A stretch of 38,895 bases of DNA from Actinomycetota bacterium. GTDB taxonomy: Bacteria; Actinomycetota; CADDZG01; WHSQ01. The notes beneath the pieces were generated by a model, which made no database searches, was not told the DNA's origin, and saw only the letters and a list, made by a program, of their open reading frames with translations. The stretch lies in assembly GCA_050694195.1 (NCBI GenBank), contig JBOGXG010000040.1, forward strand, positions 1 to 38,895. Reading direction: 5' to 3'. Shown here piece after piece: positions 24,529 through 32,887 of the stretch. Each line of letters starts with the position of its first letter. The stretch's first letter is position 1. The translations under genes and the position numbers were made by a program.

Positions 24529-24933
24529 CTAGAACAAGAGACCGAGATCGGACACGGTCAGGCCGACGATGATCGCAACGACCACGGCGGCCGCGACCAA
24601 GACCGCCAAGGGCATCCCGGCCCTGCGCTCTGCGAAGATCCCGTCCGACTCGATGGGGTCCTGTGGAGCAACGTCATCTCCCTCGGCGACGCCGCCCGAA
24701 TCGATCGCGGCGAGGATCCCCGCGGCGTCATCGGCTCGATCGAAGGGGACCAGGATCCGGACGGGGGCGGTCGGGTCGCCACCGGGATGGAGATAGGCGG
24801 CCGCTCCGCTGGCATAGGGGTCGAGGACGACCTCGATCCCCTCCTCCTCGAGGCAGCCGGACATGAGATGGGCCTCGTACTCGTTCGCGGCGACCGCGAC
24901 CTTCACCCATTCCGGCGGGGGGGCCTGCGTCAC
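24529..24933 (-). CDS. C-terminally membrane-anchored DUF2007-like protein (paralog B)
   Basis: Track ORF 24529..25212 was trimmed to in-frame GTG 24933, which overlaps the TGA of paralog A (GTGA at 24930..24933). EWVKVAVAANEYEAHLMSGCLEEEGIEVVL...PVRILVPFDRADDAAGILA matches the DUF2007 pattern (hydrophobic strand, EA.L....L...GIE, second strand, helix). The C-terminal TM is MPLAVLVAAAVVVAIIVGLTV. Confidence 0.6.
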   Translation of the reverse strand: MTQAPPPEWVKVAVAANEYEAHLMSGCLEEEGIEVVLDPYASGAAAYLHPGGDPTAPVRILVPFDRADDAAGILAAIDSGGVAEGDDVAPQDPIESDGIFAERRAGMPLAVLVAAAVVVAIIVGLTVSDLGLLF

Positions 24934-25415
24934 GGCCTGGCCGGCGTTTCGCACCCCGCGGGGCGGCCGCAGCTCTCCATCTGTTCGTTCGCCTGCACCC
25001 AGCCGAGCGCGGTGAAGAGAACGCCGAGCGAGATGGCGGCGGTCCACCACAGGACGGGACCCCACCAACGCCCCGATCGAGCCGAGTCGTCCGGCTCGGC
25101 CGGAGGCGCCGCGAACGCGACCTCCGCGAGCACGAGCTGGGCGTCCTCGAGTTGAAGCTTCCGAACCAGGACCGTCACCGGAGCCCACGGATTGGAGCCG
25201 GTGTACAGCCACGTCCCCGGGCCACTGCGATCCTTGAGCGTCCGCGTTTCTATCCCGGCCTCGGCGAGTCGGCCCACGATCAGGTGAGCCTCGATGTCAT
25301 CGGGCGCATCGATCAGCTTGATCCAGCCGGATCCGCCTCCGTCGCCCTCGAACGGGTCCGCAGGCGGATCTACCAGATCTGTTCCGAACGGACGGCCGAC
25401 GACAACGCTCGTCAT
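24930..25415 (-). CDS. C-terminally membrane-anchored DUF2007-like protein (paralog A)
   Basis: ATG 25415 lies 6 nt after the acyl-CoA dehydrogenase stop. GWIKLIDAPDDIEAHLIVGRLAEAGIETRTL...PVTVLVRKLQLEDAQLVLA has the same pattern as paralog B. The TM is WWGPVLWWTAAISLGVLFTALGWV, followed by a short Cys-containing tail. Confidence 0.65.
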   Translation of the reverse strand: MTSVVVGRPFGTDLVDPPADPFEGDGGGSGWIKLIDAPDDIEAHLIVGRLAEAGIETRTLKDRSGPGTWLYTGSNPWAPVTVLVRKLQLEDAQLVLAEVAFAAPPAEPDDSARSGRWWGPVLWWTAAISLGVLFTALGWVQANEQMESCGRPAGCETPARP

Positions 25416-25421
25416 CGTCTT

Positions 25422-26582
25422 CTAATGCTTACCTAGGATCGATCGAGCGATCACGACGCGCTGGATCTGATTGGTTCCTTCGTATATCTGCGTGATCTTG
25501 GCGTCCCGCATGAAGCGTTCCACCGGGTACTCCTTGATATAGCCGTACCCCCCGAGTGCTTGAACGCAGTCCGTCGTAACCGACATGGCAACATCGGACG
25601 CGTAGCACTTCGCGATCGCCGCCCAGTAAGAGACATCGGCATCCGCGTCGTCGATCGCGGTCGCCGCCTTGTACACGGCCATTCGGGCGGTCTCTATCTT
25701 CATCGCCATCTCGGCGAACATGAACTGGAGTCCCTGGAAAGCGGCGATCGGCTTCCCGAACTGTTCGCGCTCCTGCACGTACGAACATGCGAAGTCGAAC
25801 GCGCCCTGAGCGATGCCGAGAGCTTGAGCGGCGATCGTGGGACGCGAGAAATCAAGCGTGCGCATGGCGTACTTGAACCCCTGGTTGACCTCGCCGATCA
25901 CGTTCTCCGCGGGGACCCGAACGTTGTCCAGGATCACCTCTCGCGTCGGCGATCCTCGGATACCCATCTTGTCTTCCTTGCGACCGAGCTCGAAGCCGGC
26001 CGACTCCTTGTCTACGAGGAACGCGGTGATATTGCGGCCCTTGGGACCCTCGGGGTCGGTGACCGCGAAATAGGTGTAGAGATCCGACGCGCCGGCCCCC
26101 GTGATGAACCGCTTCGTACCGGAGAGGACCCAATCGCTTCCGTCCTGCACCGCGCGGCTCCGCATCGCGGCGGCGTCGGAACCGGAGCCCGGTTCCGTGA
26201 GGCAGTAGGACATGCGGTGGGTGCCGTCGGTGATCCCAGAGCACACCTTCTTCTTCATGTCGTCGGAGCCGGCCAGCAGTACGGGGATCGCGCCCAGTTT
26301 GTTCACCGCGGGGATCAGGGACGCTCCCGCCGACACGCGCGAGATCTCCTCGACCAGGAGACACAGCTCGACGGCCCCGCCGCCGGCGCCGCCGTGCTCC
26401 TCCGGATAGGAGACGCCGGCGAAGCCGTTCTTGACGAACAGCTCGTCGACGTCCCAGGGATACTCGTCCGCGGCATCGATCTCCGCGGCGCGCGGCGCGA
26501 CCTTGTCCTCGCACAGCTCCCGCACCGACCTCCGGAACATCTCTTGCTCCTCGGTAAGCTTGAAACTAAGGCCTCGGCTCAT
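25422..26582 (-). CDS. Short-chain (butyryl-CoA-type) acyl-CoA dehydrogenase
   Basis: Track ORF 25422..26663 was trimmed to ATG 26582 (MSRGLSFKLTEEQEMFRRSVRELCEDKVAPRAAEID...). The protein is 386 aa and shows end-to-end resemblance to Bcd/ACAD proteins (YCLTEPGSGSDAA, KRFITGAG, DAKITQIYEGTNQIQRVVIARSIL). Confidence 0.9.
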   Translation of the reverse strand: MSRGLSFKLTEEQEMFRRSVRELCEDKVAPRAAEIDAADEYPWDVDELFVKNGFAGVSYPEEHGGAGGGAVELCLLVEEISRVSAGASLIPAVNKLGAIPVLLAGSDDMKKKVCSGITDGTHRMSYCLTEPGSGSDAAAMRSRAVQDGSDWVLSGTKRFITGAGASDLYTYFAVTDPEGPKGRNITAFLVDKESAGFELGRKEDKMGIRGSPTREVILDNVRVPAENVIGEVNQGFKYAMRTLDFSRPTIAAQALGIAQGAFDFACSYVQEREQFGKPIAAFQGLQFMFAEMAMKIETARMAVYKAATAIDDADADVSYWAAIAKCYASDVAMSVTTDCVQALGGYGYIKEYPVERFMRDAKITQIYEGTNQIQRVVIARSILGKH

Positions 26583-26677
26583 CCCTTGATGGTAAGGCGT
26601 TCCGGGGATTGACCGGCCCCGCCGCGGGGGTTCGGTAGGCTCCTTTCCCTCCCACCCATACACAAGGAGCGCGAGCC

Positions 26678-28024
26678 GTGGCCGGAAGCATCGACAAGAT
26701 CAGGGACGCCATCCTCAACCAGGCGCCCGGTGACGAGATCGGGGCCCTGGACCTACCGGAGAGCGTCACCGCCGCGTTCGTCCGCAAGGACGAGGAGGAG
26801 ATGTTCGAAGGCATCGACTCCGCGGAGAAGGATCCGCGCAAGTCACTGCACGTCGACGAGGTGCCGACGCCACCGCTCGGTCCGAACGAGGTATTGATCG
26901 CGGTGATGGCATCCGCCGTCAACTTCAACACGGTGTGGACCTCGATCTTCGAGCCGCTCCCGACCTTCAAGTTCCTCGAACGGTTCGCCCGGGAGGGGGA
27001 ACTGGCCGCCCGCCACCACCTCGACTATCACATCGTCGGTTCCGACGCGGCGGCGGTGGTGCTACGCACCGGGCCCGGTGTCACGCGGTGGAAGCCGGGT
27101 GACGAGGTGACCGTTCACTGCAACTACGTCGACATGGAGGCGCCGGAGGGACACAACGACTCGATGATCGATCCGAGCCAGCGGATATGGGGCTTCGAGT
27201 CGAACTTCGGTGGTTTCTCGGAGATCGCGATGGTGAAGGCGAACCAGCTGATGCCCAAGCCGCCACACATGACATGGGAGGAGGCGGCCTGCCTCGGACT
27301 CGTGTCCTCGACCTCGTACCGGATGCTCGTCTCGCCGAACGGCGCCGACATGAAACAGGGAGACGTCGTGCTGATCTGGGGGGGTACCGGGGGCCTCGGC
27401 GGCTTCGCCTGTCAGTACGTCCTTAACGGCGGCGGGATCCCGGTTGCGGTCGTGTCGTCCCAAGAGAAGGTCGACCTCCTGCACGAAGCCGGCGTCGAGC
27501 ACGTCATCGATCGCAAGGCGGAGGACTACCGGTTCTGGGATGGCGACAAGCAGAACCCGAAGGAGCAGCTGCGACTCGGCAAGAAGATCCGCGAGTTCGT
27601 CGGCGAGGACCCCGACATCGTGTTCGAGCATCCCGGGCGCCAGACGTTCGGCGCCAGCATCTTCGTCGCGAAGAAAGGCGGGAAGGTCGTCACCTGTGCA
27701 TCCACCAGCGGCTACATGCACGAGTACGACAACCGTTACCTGTGGATGAACCTCAAGACGATCATCGGGTCCCATTTCGCCAACTACAAGGAGGCATGGG
27801 AGGCCAACCGGCTCGCGTCGTTGGGAATGATCCATCCGATCCTGTCGAAGACCTATCCCCTGACGGAGGCCGGCGAGGCCGCGTACCAGGTGCACCAGAA
27901 CCTCCACAAGGGGAAGCTCGGCATAAGGGTCCTGGCCCCCGAGGACGGCCTAGGCGTCAGGGACGAGGAACTCCGGGCCAGACATCGAAGCGAGATGGAG
28001 CTGTACCGCCGCTTCAGCGACTAA
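26678..28024 (+). CDS. ccr: Crotonyl-CoA carboxylase/reductase
   Basis: The GTG start has AAGGAG 8 nt upstream. It shows very close resemblance along the full length to characterised Ccr: DPRKSLHVDEVPTPPLGPNEVLIAVMASAVNFNTVWTSIFEP, RIWGFESNFGGFSEIAMVKANQLMPKP, TCASTSGYMHEYDNRYLWMNLKTIIGSHFANYKEAWEANRL and LHKGKLGIRVLAPEDGLGVRD. Confidence 0.93.
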   Translation: MAGSIDKIRDAILNQAPGDEIGALDLPESVTAAFVRKDEEEMFEGIDSAEKDPRKSLHVDEVPTPPLGPNEVLIAVMASAVNFNTVWTSIFEPLPTFKFLERFAREGELAARHHLDYHIVGSDAAAVVLRTGPGVTRWKPGDEVTVHCNYVDMEAPEGHNDSMIDPSQRIWGFESNFGGFSEIAMVKANQLMPKPPHMTWEEAACLGLVSSTSYRMLVSPNGADMKQGDVVLIWGGTGGLGGFACQYVLNGGGIPVAVVSSQEKVDLLHEAGVEHVIDRKAEDYRFWDGDKQNPKEQLRLGKKIREFVGEDPDIVFEHPGRQTFGASIFVAKKGGKVVTCASTSGYMHEYDNRYLWMNLKTIIGSHFANYKEAWEANRLASLGMIHPILSKTYPLTEAGEAAYQVHQNLHKGKLGIRVLAPEDGLGVRDEELRARHRSEMELYRRFSD

Positions 28025-28043
28025 CCCCATTTCTTCCGCAGAA

Positions 28044-28637
28044 TCACTGCGCCATGCCTACATCTCGTGCATCAGAAACGCGCATCGGAGCGAGCGCCTC
28101 GGTCAGGCGCGCCATGACGTCGAGCATCTTCAGGGCGGCCCCCTCGAGCCCTTCCGGGGCGCGGAAGGAGGCGTCTTCGGTCATGTGCGTCTTGACGTAG
28201 GGGATGTTGACGGCCTCCGCGACCGGGAACATCCGGAACGTCGTCACGACCTGCTTGATCATCTGTACCGCGCGCGTGCCACCGGAGATCCCTCCGTAGC
28301 TCACGAACCCGACGGGTTTGTACTCCCACTCCCTGTAGAGGAAATCGAGTGCGTTCTTCAGGGGGGCGCTGAAGCCGTGGTTGTACTCGGGCATCACGAG
28401 AACGACCGCATCCGCGGCGGCGACCATATCGCTCCATCTCTTCGTGTGGGGATGGATGTAGCGCTGTTCGGATGGATGGTTCGGTTCGTCGAGGAAGGGC
28501 AGATCCAAGACGGCGAGATCGACCACATCGACGTCGAAAGGCGCGCCGCGGGACGCGACCTCGATGAACCAGTCGGCAACGGATCGCCCCACGCGACCCG
28601 GCCGAGTGCTGGCGACGACGATCAATAGGCGAGGCAC
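28044..28637 (-). CDS. NAD(P)H-dependent FMN reductase family oxidoreductase
   Basis: Track ORF 28044..29135 was trimmed to in-frame GTG 28637 (VPRLLIVVASTRPGRVGRSVADWF...), which has GAAGGGAG 4 nt upstream. The motif VLVMPEYNHGFSAPLKNALD is present. The discarded 166-codon extension overlaps the YczE-like gene in another frame. Confidence 0.82.
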   Translation of the reverse strand: MPRLLIVVASTRPGRVGRSVADWFIEVASRGAPFDVDVVDLAVLDLPFLDEPNHPSEQRYIHPHTKRWSDMVAAADAVVLVMPEYNHGFSAPLKNALDFLYREWEYKPVGFVSYGGISGGTRAVQMIKQVVTTFRMFPVAEAVNIPYVKTHMTEDASFRAPEGLEGAALKMLDVMARLTEALAPMRVSDARDVGMAQ

Positions 28638-28648
28638 GATGACTCCCT

Positions 28649-29275
28649 TCAAGCCGGATCGGCGATGGTGAAGCGGGCGATGAATAACTGCGCGAGAGGG
28701 CCGATGCTCAGCGCGTAGAGGACGGTCCCGACGCCGACCGTGCCGCCGAGGATCCACCCGGCGACGAGCACGGTCACCTCGATCGCAGTGCGTGCGGCTC
28801 GGACCGAATACCCGCGGAGCGCCAGACCCGTCATCAACCCATCCCTCGGCCCCGGCCCGAGGGCGGCCCCGATGTACAAACCGGTAGCGATGCCGTTGAG
28901 GATTATCCCGACGACGAGGAACGCCGCTCGCGGAGCGATGGCTCCGGGCTCCGGAAGGGCGACAAGAGACGCGTCGACGGCCACGCCTACGAGGAGCGCG
29001 TTGCTGAGCGTGCCGAGGCCGGGCCGCTGTTTCAGCGGGATCCAGAGCAGGAGGACGAACACGCTCACGCCGATCACGACGGTGCCGATCGACAGGCCGA
29101 TCTGTTCCGCCACGCCCTGATGGAACACGTCCCACGGATCGACGCCCAGATGCGACGCCACCATCAGGCCGACGCTGGCCCCGAAGAGCGCCAGGCCGAG
29201 GTAGAGCCGGGCGAGGCGGCGGAACGAGTACTTCGGAATCGTCGGCACGGCTCCCACCAGGGCTTGGGTTGACAT
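28649..29275 (-). CDS. YczE/YitT-like integral membrane protein
   Basis: Track ORF 28649..29311 was trimmed to ATG 29275 (MSTQALVGAVP...). It has five to six hydrophobic helices, and the LGLALFGASVGLMVASHLGVDPWDVFHQG segment is typical of YczE-type proteins. It lies 11 nt upstream of the FMN reductase gene and is divergent from marR. Confidence 0.65.
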   Translation of the reverse strand: MSTQALVGAVPTIPKYSFRRLARLYLGLALFGASVGLMVASHLGVDPWDVFHQGVAEQIGLSIGTVVIGVSVFVLLLWIPLKQRPGLGTLSNALLVGVAVDASLVALPEPGAIAPRAAFLVVGIILNGIATGLYIGAALGPGPRDGLMTGLALRGYSVRAARTAIEVTVLVAGWILGGTVGVGTVLYALSIGPLAQLFIARFTIADPA

Positions 29276-29314
29276 ATCAACTACCTTAGAGCAACATGGA
29301 TGACATGTCAACTA
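29269..29314. promoter_or_regulatory. Two copies of a 15-nt motif (tTGACATaTCAACTA / aTGACATgTCAACTA), candidate MarR operators
   Basis: Site 1 is 29269..29283 and site 2 is 29300..29314. They are 13/15 identical and 31 nt apart (about 3 helical turns). Site 2 contains the perfect 10-bp palindrome TGACATGTCA (29301..29310). Site 1 covers the start codon of the YczE-like gene, and site 2 covers the second in-frame ATG (29305) of the MarR ORF. Confidence 0.5.
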
Positions 29315-29811
29315 TGAGATACGGTGACGGCGTGGAGGATACGGAGCCTCGCTGGCTCGACGACCAGGAGTTCCGGGCGTGGCTCGGCTACCGGCGCATG
29401 CGTCTGGCGCTGGACGCCGCCATCAACAGGGACATGGCCCGCGATTCCGGCCTCTCCGAGCCCGATTACGACGTCCTCTCCAACCTCTCGTCGACCGCCG
29501 GGCATCGGTGGCGGATGAGCGACCTCGGCAAGAGGATGTTGTGGTCGAAGAGCCGGCTCTCACACCACATCTCGCGGATGGAGCAGCGCGGCCTCGTCCG
29601 CCGCGAGGGGGTGGACGGCGACGGGCGGGGCGCCTCCGTCGTGCTCACGCGGCGGGGCCTGGCCGCGATCGTGGCCGCCGCCCCCCACCACGTCGGATCG
29701 GTTAGGGACCGGTTCATCGATCTCCTCACCCGCGAGGAGATCCGGGTCCTCGGCGACATCGCCGAGAAGGTCCTGGCCCGCCTGGGCAGCAGCCTCGAAG
29801 GCCCCCGCTAG
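29296..29811 (+). CDS. MarR-family transcriptional regulator
   Basis: It has a winged-helix region DYDVLSNLSSTAGHRWRMSDLGKRMLWSKSRLSHHISRMEQRGLVRREGVDGDGRGASVVLTRRG. Three in-frame ATGs (29296, 29305, 29314) are possible starts. Confidence 0.85.
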   Translation: MDDMSTMRYGDGVEDTEPRWLDDQEFRAWLGYRRMRLALDAAINRDMARDSGLSEPDYDVLSNLSSTAGHRWRMSDLGKRMLWSKSRLSHHISRMEQRGLVRREGVDGDGRGASVVLTRRGLAAIVAAAPHHVGSVRDRFIDLLTREEIRVLGDIAEKVLARLGSSLEGPR

Positions 29812-29824
29812 ACACGCCGCGCGG

Positions 29825-29848
29825 AACAACGGCCTCTCCCCCGTTGTT
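29825..29848 (+). terminator. Hairpin between marR and the MFS gene (terminator or attenuator candidate)
   Basis: aacaacgg (29825..29832) is the exact reverse complement of ccgttgtt (29841..29848), with an 8-nt C/T-rich loop. It lies 14 nt after the marR stop and 37 nt before the MFS ATG. Confidence 0.4.
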
Positions 29849-29884
29849 GCCAAGCCCGTGAGGACCGCCGCACAAGGAGCGCAA

Positions 29885-31468
29885 ATGGAGACGTTGAGTA
29901 GCCCGAGAGGACGTTCGATCCTCGCCGTCCTCTGCCTCAGTCTCCTCATGGTGGTCGTCGGCAACACGGTGCTGAACGTCGCCATCCCCACACTCGTCAC
30001 CGAGCTTGACGCGACCTCGAGCCAGCTTCAGTGGATGGTCGACTCTTACGCCCTCGTCTTCGCCGGGCTCCTCCTCACCGCGGGTGCCCTCGGCGATCGC
30101 TTCGGTCGCAAGGGCGCGCTCACGATCGGGTTGGCGATCTTCGGCGCAGCCTCGGCCGTATCGGCGCTCGCGTCATCGCCGGATCAATTGATCGCCGCCC
30201 GCGCGGTGATGGGACTCGGTGCTGCGTTCGTTATGCCGGCCACATTGTCGATCCTCACCAACGTCTTCGTTCCTCAGCAGCGCGCGCATGCGATCGCCAT
30301 CTGGGCCGGTGTCGCGGGTGCGGGAGGAGCGATCGGTCCCGTGGCCGGCGGATGGCTGCTCGAACATTTCTTCTGGGGATCCGTGTTCCTCCTGAACGTC
30401 CCCATCGTTATCACCGCGATCGTCGCCGGACACTTCCTGGTGCCGACTTCGCTGGATCCTCAACACGTGCGTTTCGATCCCATCGGCGCCGGGCTCTCGA
30501 CGTTCGGTGTTGGCGCGCTTCTCTACGGGATCATCGAGGCTCCCAATCACGGATGGACCGCTCCGCCCACTCTGACCGCGTTCACGATCGCGCTGGTGAC
30601 GCTGGCGGCGTTCGCCTGGTGGGAACTGCGCACGCCGCATCCGATGCTCGATCTCAGGCTTTTCCGCAACCGTAGATTCAGCACCGGCAGCGCGGCGATC
30701 ACGATGACGTTCTTCGCGATGTTCGGCCTGTTCTTCCTCTTCACGCAGTACCTGCAGCTCGTGCGTGGCTACTCGCCGTTCCAAGCGGGTGTGCGTCTGT
30801 TACCGATGGCGGCGATGCTCATGGTCTCGGCTCCGCTGAGCGCGCACTGGGTCGATCGTTTCGGTCCCAAGCGGGTCGTGTCGACGGGCCTCACTATCGT
30901 GGGGGCCGGGTTGTTGCTGGTCTACTTCCTCGACATCGGCTCCAGCTACTGGTACATGATCGGCAGCCTCATGGTCATCGCCATCGGCATGGGAACGACG
31001 GCGGCTCCGGCGACGACCGCGATCATGTCGGCGATGCCGCTCGGGAAGGCGGGGGTCGGTTCGGCCGTCAACGACACCACCCGCGAGCTCGGAGGCGCCT
31101 TGGGCGTCGCGGTGATGGGGAGCATCCTCGCGTCGCAGTATTCGTCTGCCCTTGCGCCCGCGCTCGCACAACTACCGGGCGAGGCCGCCGTGGTCGCCGA
31201 CGCCTCCCTCGGCGGTGCGCTTCTGGTCGCTCAACAGATCGGCGGCGCCGCAGGTTCCGGCCTGACAACGGCCGCACGCATCGCCTACATGGACGGCATG
31301 GCGCTCGCGGTCCTCGGGGGAGCGGCGGTGGCGGGCGTCGCTGCGCTCCTCGTGGCGAGGTTCATGCCGGCGGCCGCGGCGATGCCGGGCGAGGCCACGA
31401 TCGATCGGGTCGAGGGCGGCGAGGTCCCGACAACGACGAGCCCGGAGCCGGCCCGCCAGGAGGCCTGA
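29885..31468 (+). CDS. MFS transporter, DHA2 (EmrB/QacA-like, 14-TMS) drug:H+ antiporter family
   Basis: Track ORF 29858..31468 was trimmed to ATG 29885, which is preceded by AAGGAG (29874..29879). The DHA2-type N-terminus is LMVVVGNTVLNVAIPTL...LQWMVDSYALVFAGLLLTAGALGDRFGRK. By eye there are about 14 hydrophobic segments. Confidence 0.85.
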   Translation: METLSSPRGRSILAVLCLSLLMVVVGNTVLNVAIPTLVTELDATSSQLQWMVDSYALVFAGLLLTAGALGDRFGRKGALTIGLAIFGAASAVSALASSPDQLIAARAVMGLGAAFVMPATLSILTNVFVPQQRAHAIAIWAGVAGAGGAIGPVAGGWLLEHFFWGSVFLLNVPIVITAIVAGHFLVPTSLDPQHVRFDPIGAGLSTFGVGALLYGIIEAPNHGWTAPPTLTAFTIALVTLAAFAWWELRTPHPMLDLRLFRNRRFSTGSAAITMTFFAMFGLFFLFTQYLQLVRGYSPFQAGVRLLPMAAMLMVSAPLSAHWVDRFGPKRVVSTGLTIVGAGLLLVYFLDIGSSYWYMIGSLMVIAIGMGTTAAPATTAIMSAMPLGKAGVGSAVNDTTRELGGALGVAVMGSILASQYSSALAPALAQLPGEAAVVADASLGGALLVAQQIGGAAGSGLTTAARIAYMDGMALAVLGGAAVAGVAALLVARFMPAAAAMPGEATIDRVEGGEVPTTTSPEPARQEA

Positions 31469-31483
31469 GCACCACTCATACCA

Positions 31484-31528
31484 ACTTCTCCTACAGCTCT
31501 TGACGACGTCAAAGGATGCAGGAGAAGT
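31484..31528. terminator. Nested hairpin between the convergent MFS and thiolase genes (bidirectional terminator candidate)
   Basis: The outer 9-bp stem is acttctcct (31484..31492) paired with aggagaagt (31520..31528). The inner stem is ttgac (31500..31504) paired with gtcaa (31508..31512). It lies 16 nt after the MFS stop and 10 nt from the thiolase stop. Confidence 0.5.
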
Positions 31529-31537
31529 CCGTCCGGG

Positions 31538-32734
31538 TTAAACCTTGAAGATCACCGCGTCGCCCTGGCCCCCGCCGCCGCAGAGCGCCGCGACGCCGAC
31601 GCCTCCGCCGCGCCGCTTGAGTTCATAGAGCAAGGAAACGGTCAGCCGCGCGCCGGTGGCTCCGATCGGGTGTCCCAGCGCGACCGCGCCGCCGTTGACG
31701 TTCACCTTGGCCTCGGCGTCGGCGTCGGCGTTGCCGTTGAAGAGCATGCGCGTCGAGTGCAGAGACACGGCCGCGAAGGCCTCGTTGATCTCGAGGAGAT
31801 CGAGGTCGGTCGGCGACAGCCCTGCCTTCTTGAGGGCTTGCTGGATCGCGAGCGCCGGCACCGTGTGCAGGTAGGGGGGCTCGTCGGCAGACATGCCGTG
31901 CGCGACGATCTCGGCGATCGGCGTGGCTCCGATCTCTTGAGCGCGCTCCGCGCTCATCACGACGACGGCCGCACCACCGTTGGAGATCTGTGACGCGTTG
32001 CCGGCGGTGATCGTGCCGTCGCTCTGGAAGACCGGCTTCAGCTTCCCCAATGATTCGGCAGTCGTCCCAGGCCGGATGCCCTCGTCGGTCTCGAACGCGA
32101 CCGGGTCACCCTTCCGTTGCGGGACCCACACGGGGACGATCTCCTCCGCGAACTTGCCGGACTCTGTCGCGGCCTGCGCGCGTTCGTGGGAGCGAGCGCT
32201 CCACGCGTCCTGGTCCTCGCGCGAGATCTTGAACTCCTTGTTCACGTCGTCGGACTGGTCGCCCATGTGCTTGTGGTTGAACGCATCCCACAGACCGTCA
32301 TGGATCATCGAGTCCACCAGCTTCCCGTCGCCCATGCGGTAGCCGGTGCGTGCCTTCGGGAGGAGGTAAGGAGCCTGGTCCATGGACTCCATGCCGCCCG
32401 CCACCGCCACCGAGATCTCACCGGCCCGGATCAACTGATCGGCGAGGGCGATCGCGTTCAGCCCCGAGAGACAGACCTTGTTGATGGTTATCGCCGGCAC
32501 GCTCGTGGGGACGCCTCCTTTGATGGCGGCCTGGCGTGCCGTGATCTGTCCCGTCCCGGCCTGCAGCACCTGGCCCATGATCACGTAGTCGACCTGTTCG
32601 CCATCGATGTTCGCTCGCTCAAGAGCACCCTTGATCGCGGTCCCGCCGAGGTCGACGGCGGGCGTGCCGGAGACGGCACCTCCGAACTTGCCGATAGCCG
32701 TTCGTGCGGCGGAAACGATCACTGAACGGGACAT
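31538..32734 (-). CDS. Acetyl-CoA C-acetyltransferase (thiolase II)
   Basis: It has the active-site Cys region NKVCLSGLNAI, the His region NVNGGAVALGHPIGATGARL and the C-terminal Cys region ALCGGGGQGDAVIFK. The protein is 398 aa. Confidence 0.92.
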   Translation of the reverse strand: MSRSVIVSAARTAIGKFGGAVSGTPAVDLGGTAIKGALERANIDGEQVDYVIMGQVLQAGTGQITARQAAIKGGVPTSVPAITINKVCLSGLNAIALADQLIRAGEISVAVAGGMESMDQAPYLLPKARTGYRMGDGKLVDSMIHDGLWDAFNHKHMGDQSDDVNKEFKISREDQDAWSARSHERAQAATESGKFAEEIVPVWVPQRKGDPVAFETDEGIRPGTTAESLGKLKPVFQSDGTITAGNASQISNGGAAVVVMSAERAQEIGATPIAEIVAHGMSADEPPYLHTVPALAIQQALKKAGLSPTDLDLLEINEAFAAVSLHSTRMLFNGNADADAEAKVNVNGGAVALGHPIGATGARLTVSLLYELKRRGGGVGVAALCGGGGQGDAVIFKV

Positions 32735-32887
32735 GGGAGCCCTCTCCTTTTCGAGCGTGCCTGATTCGATCTCCCCATCATAGGAGCCCTAAGGGCGGTA
32801 CGTATCGGCCCTTTCTCGCCAAACCGCGCGTAAAATCCGACGCAGAAAGTCGCCTGAGTTGTTCAAAAACTGATTAGGGTTCCTCGG

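Noticed and set aside
26617-26629. 13-bp palindrome CCCCGCcGCGGGG in the bcd-ccr divergent spacer, considered as a regulator site
   Set aside because: Short G/C-only palindromes arise easily by chance at this GC content. There is no second copy or flanking half-site, so it is not reported as a feature.
28638-29135. 166-codon extension of the FMN-reductase ORF
   Set aside because: It overlaps the YczE-like membrane protein gene in a different frame. The flavodoxin-like fold starts at GTG 28637, which has a strong GAAGGGAG ribosome-binding site.
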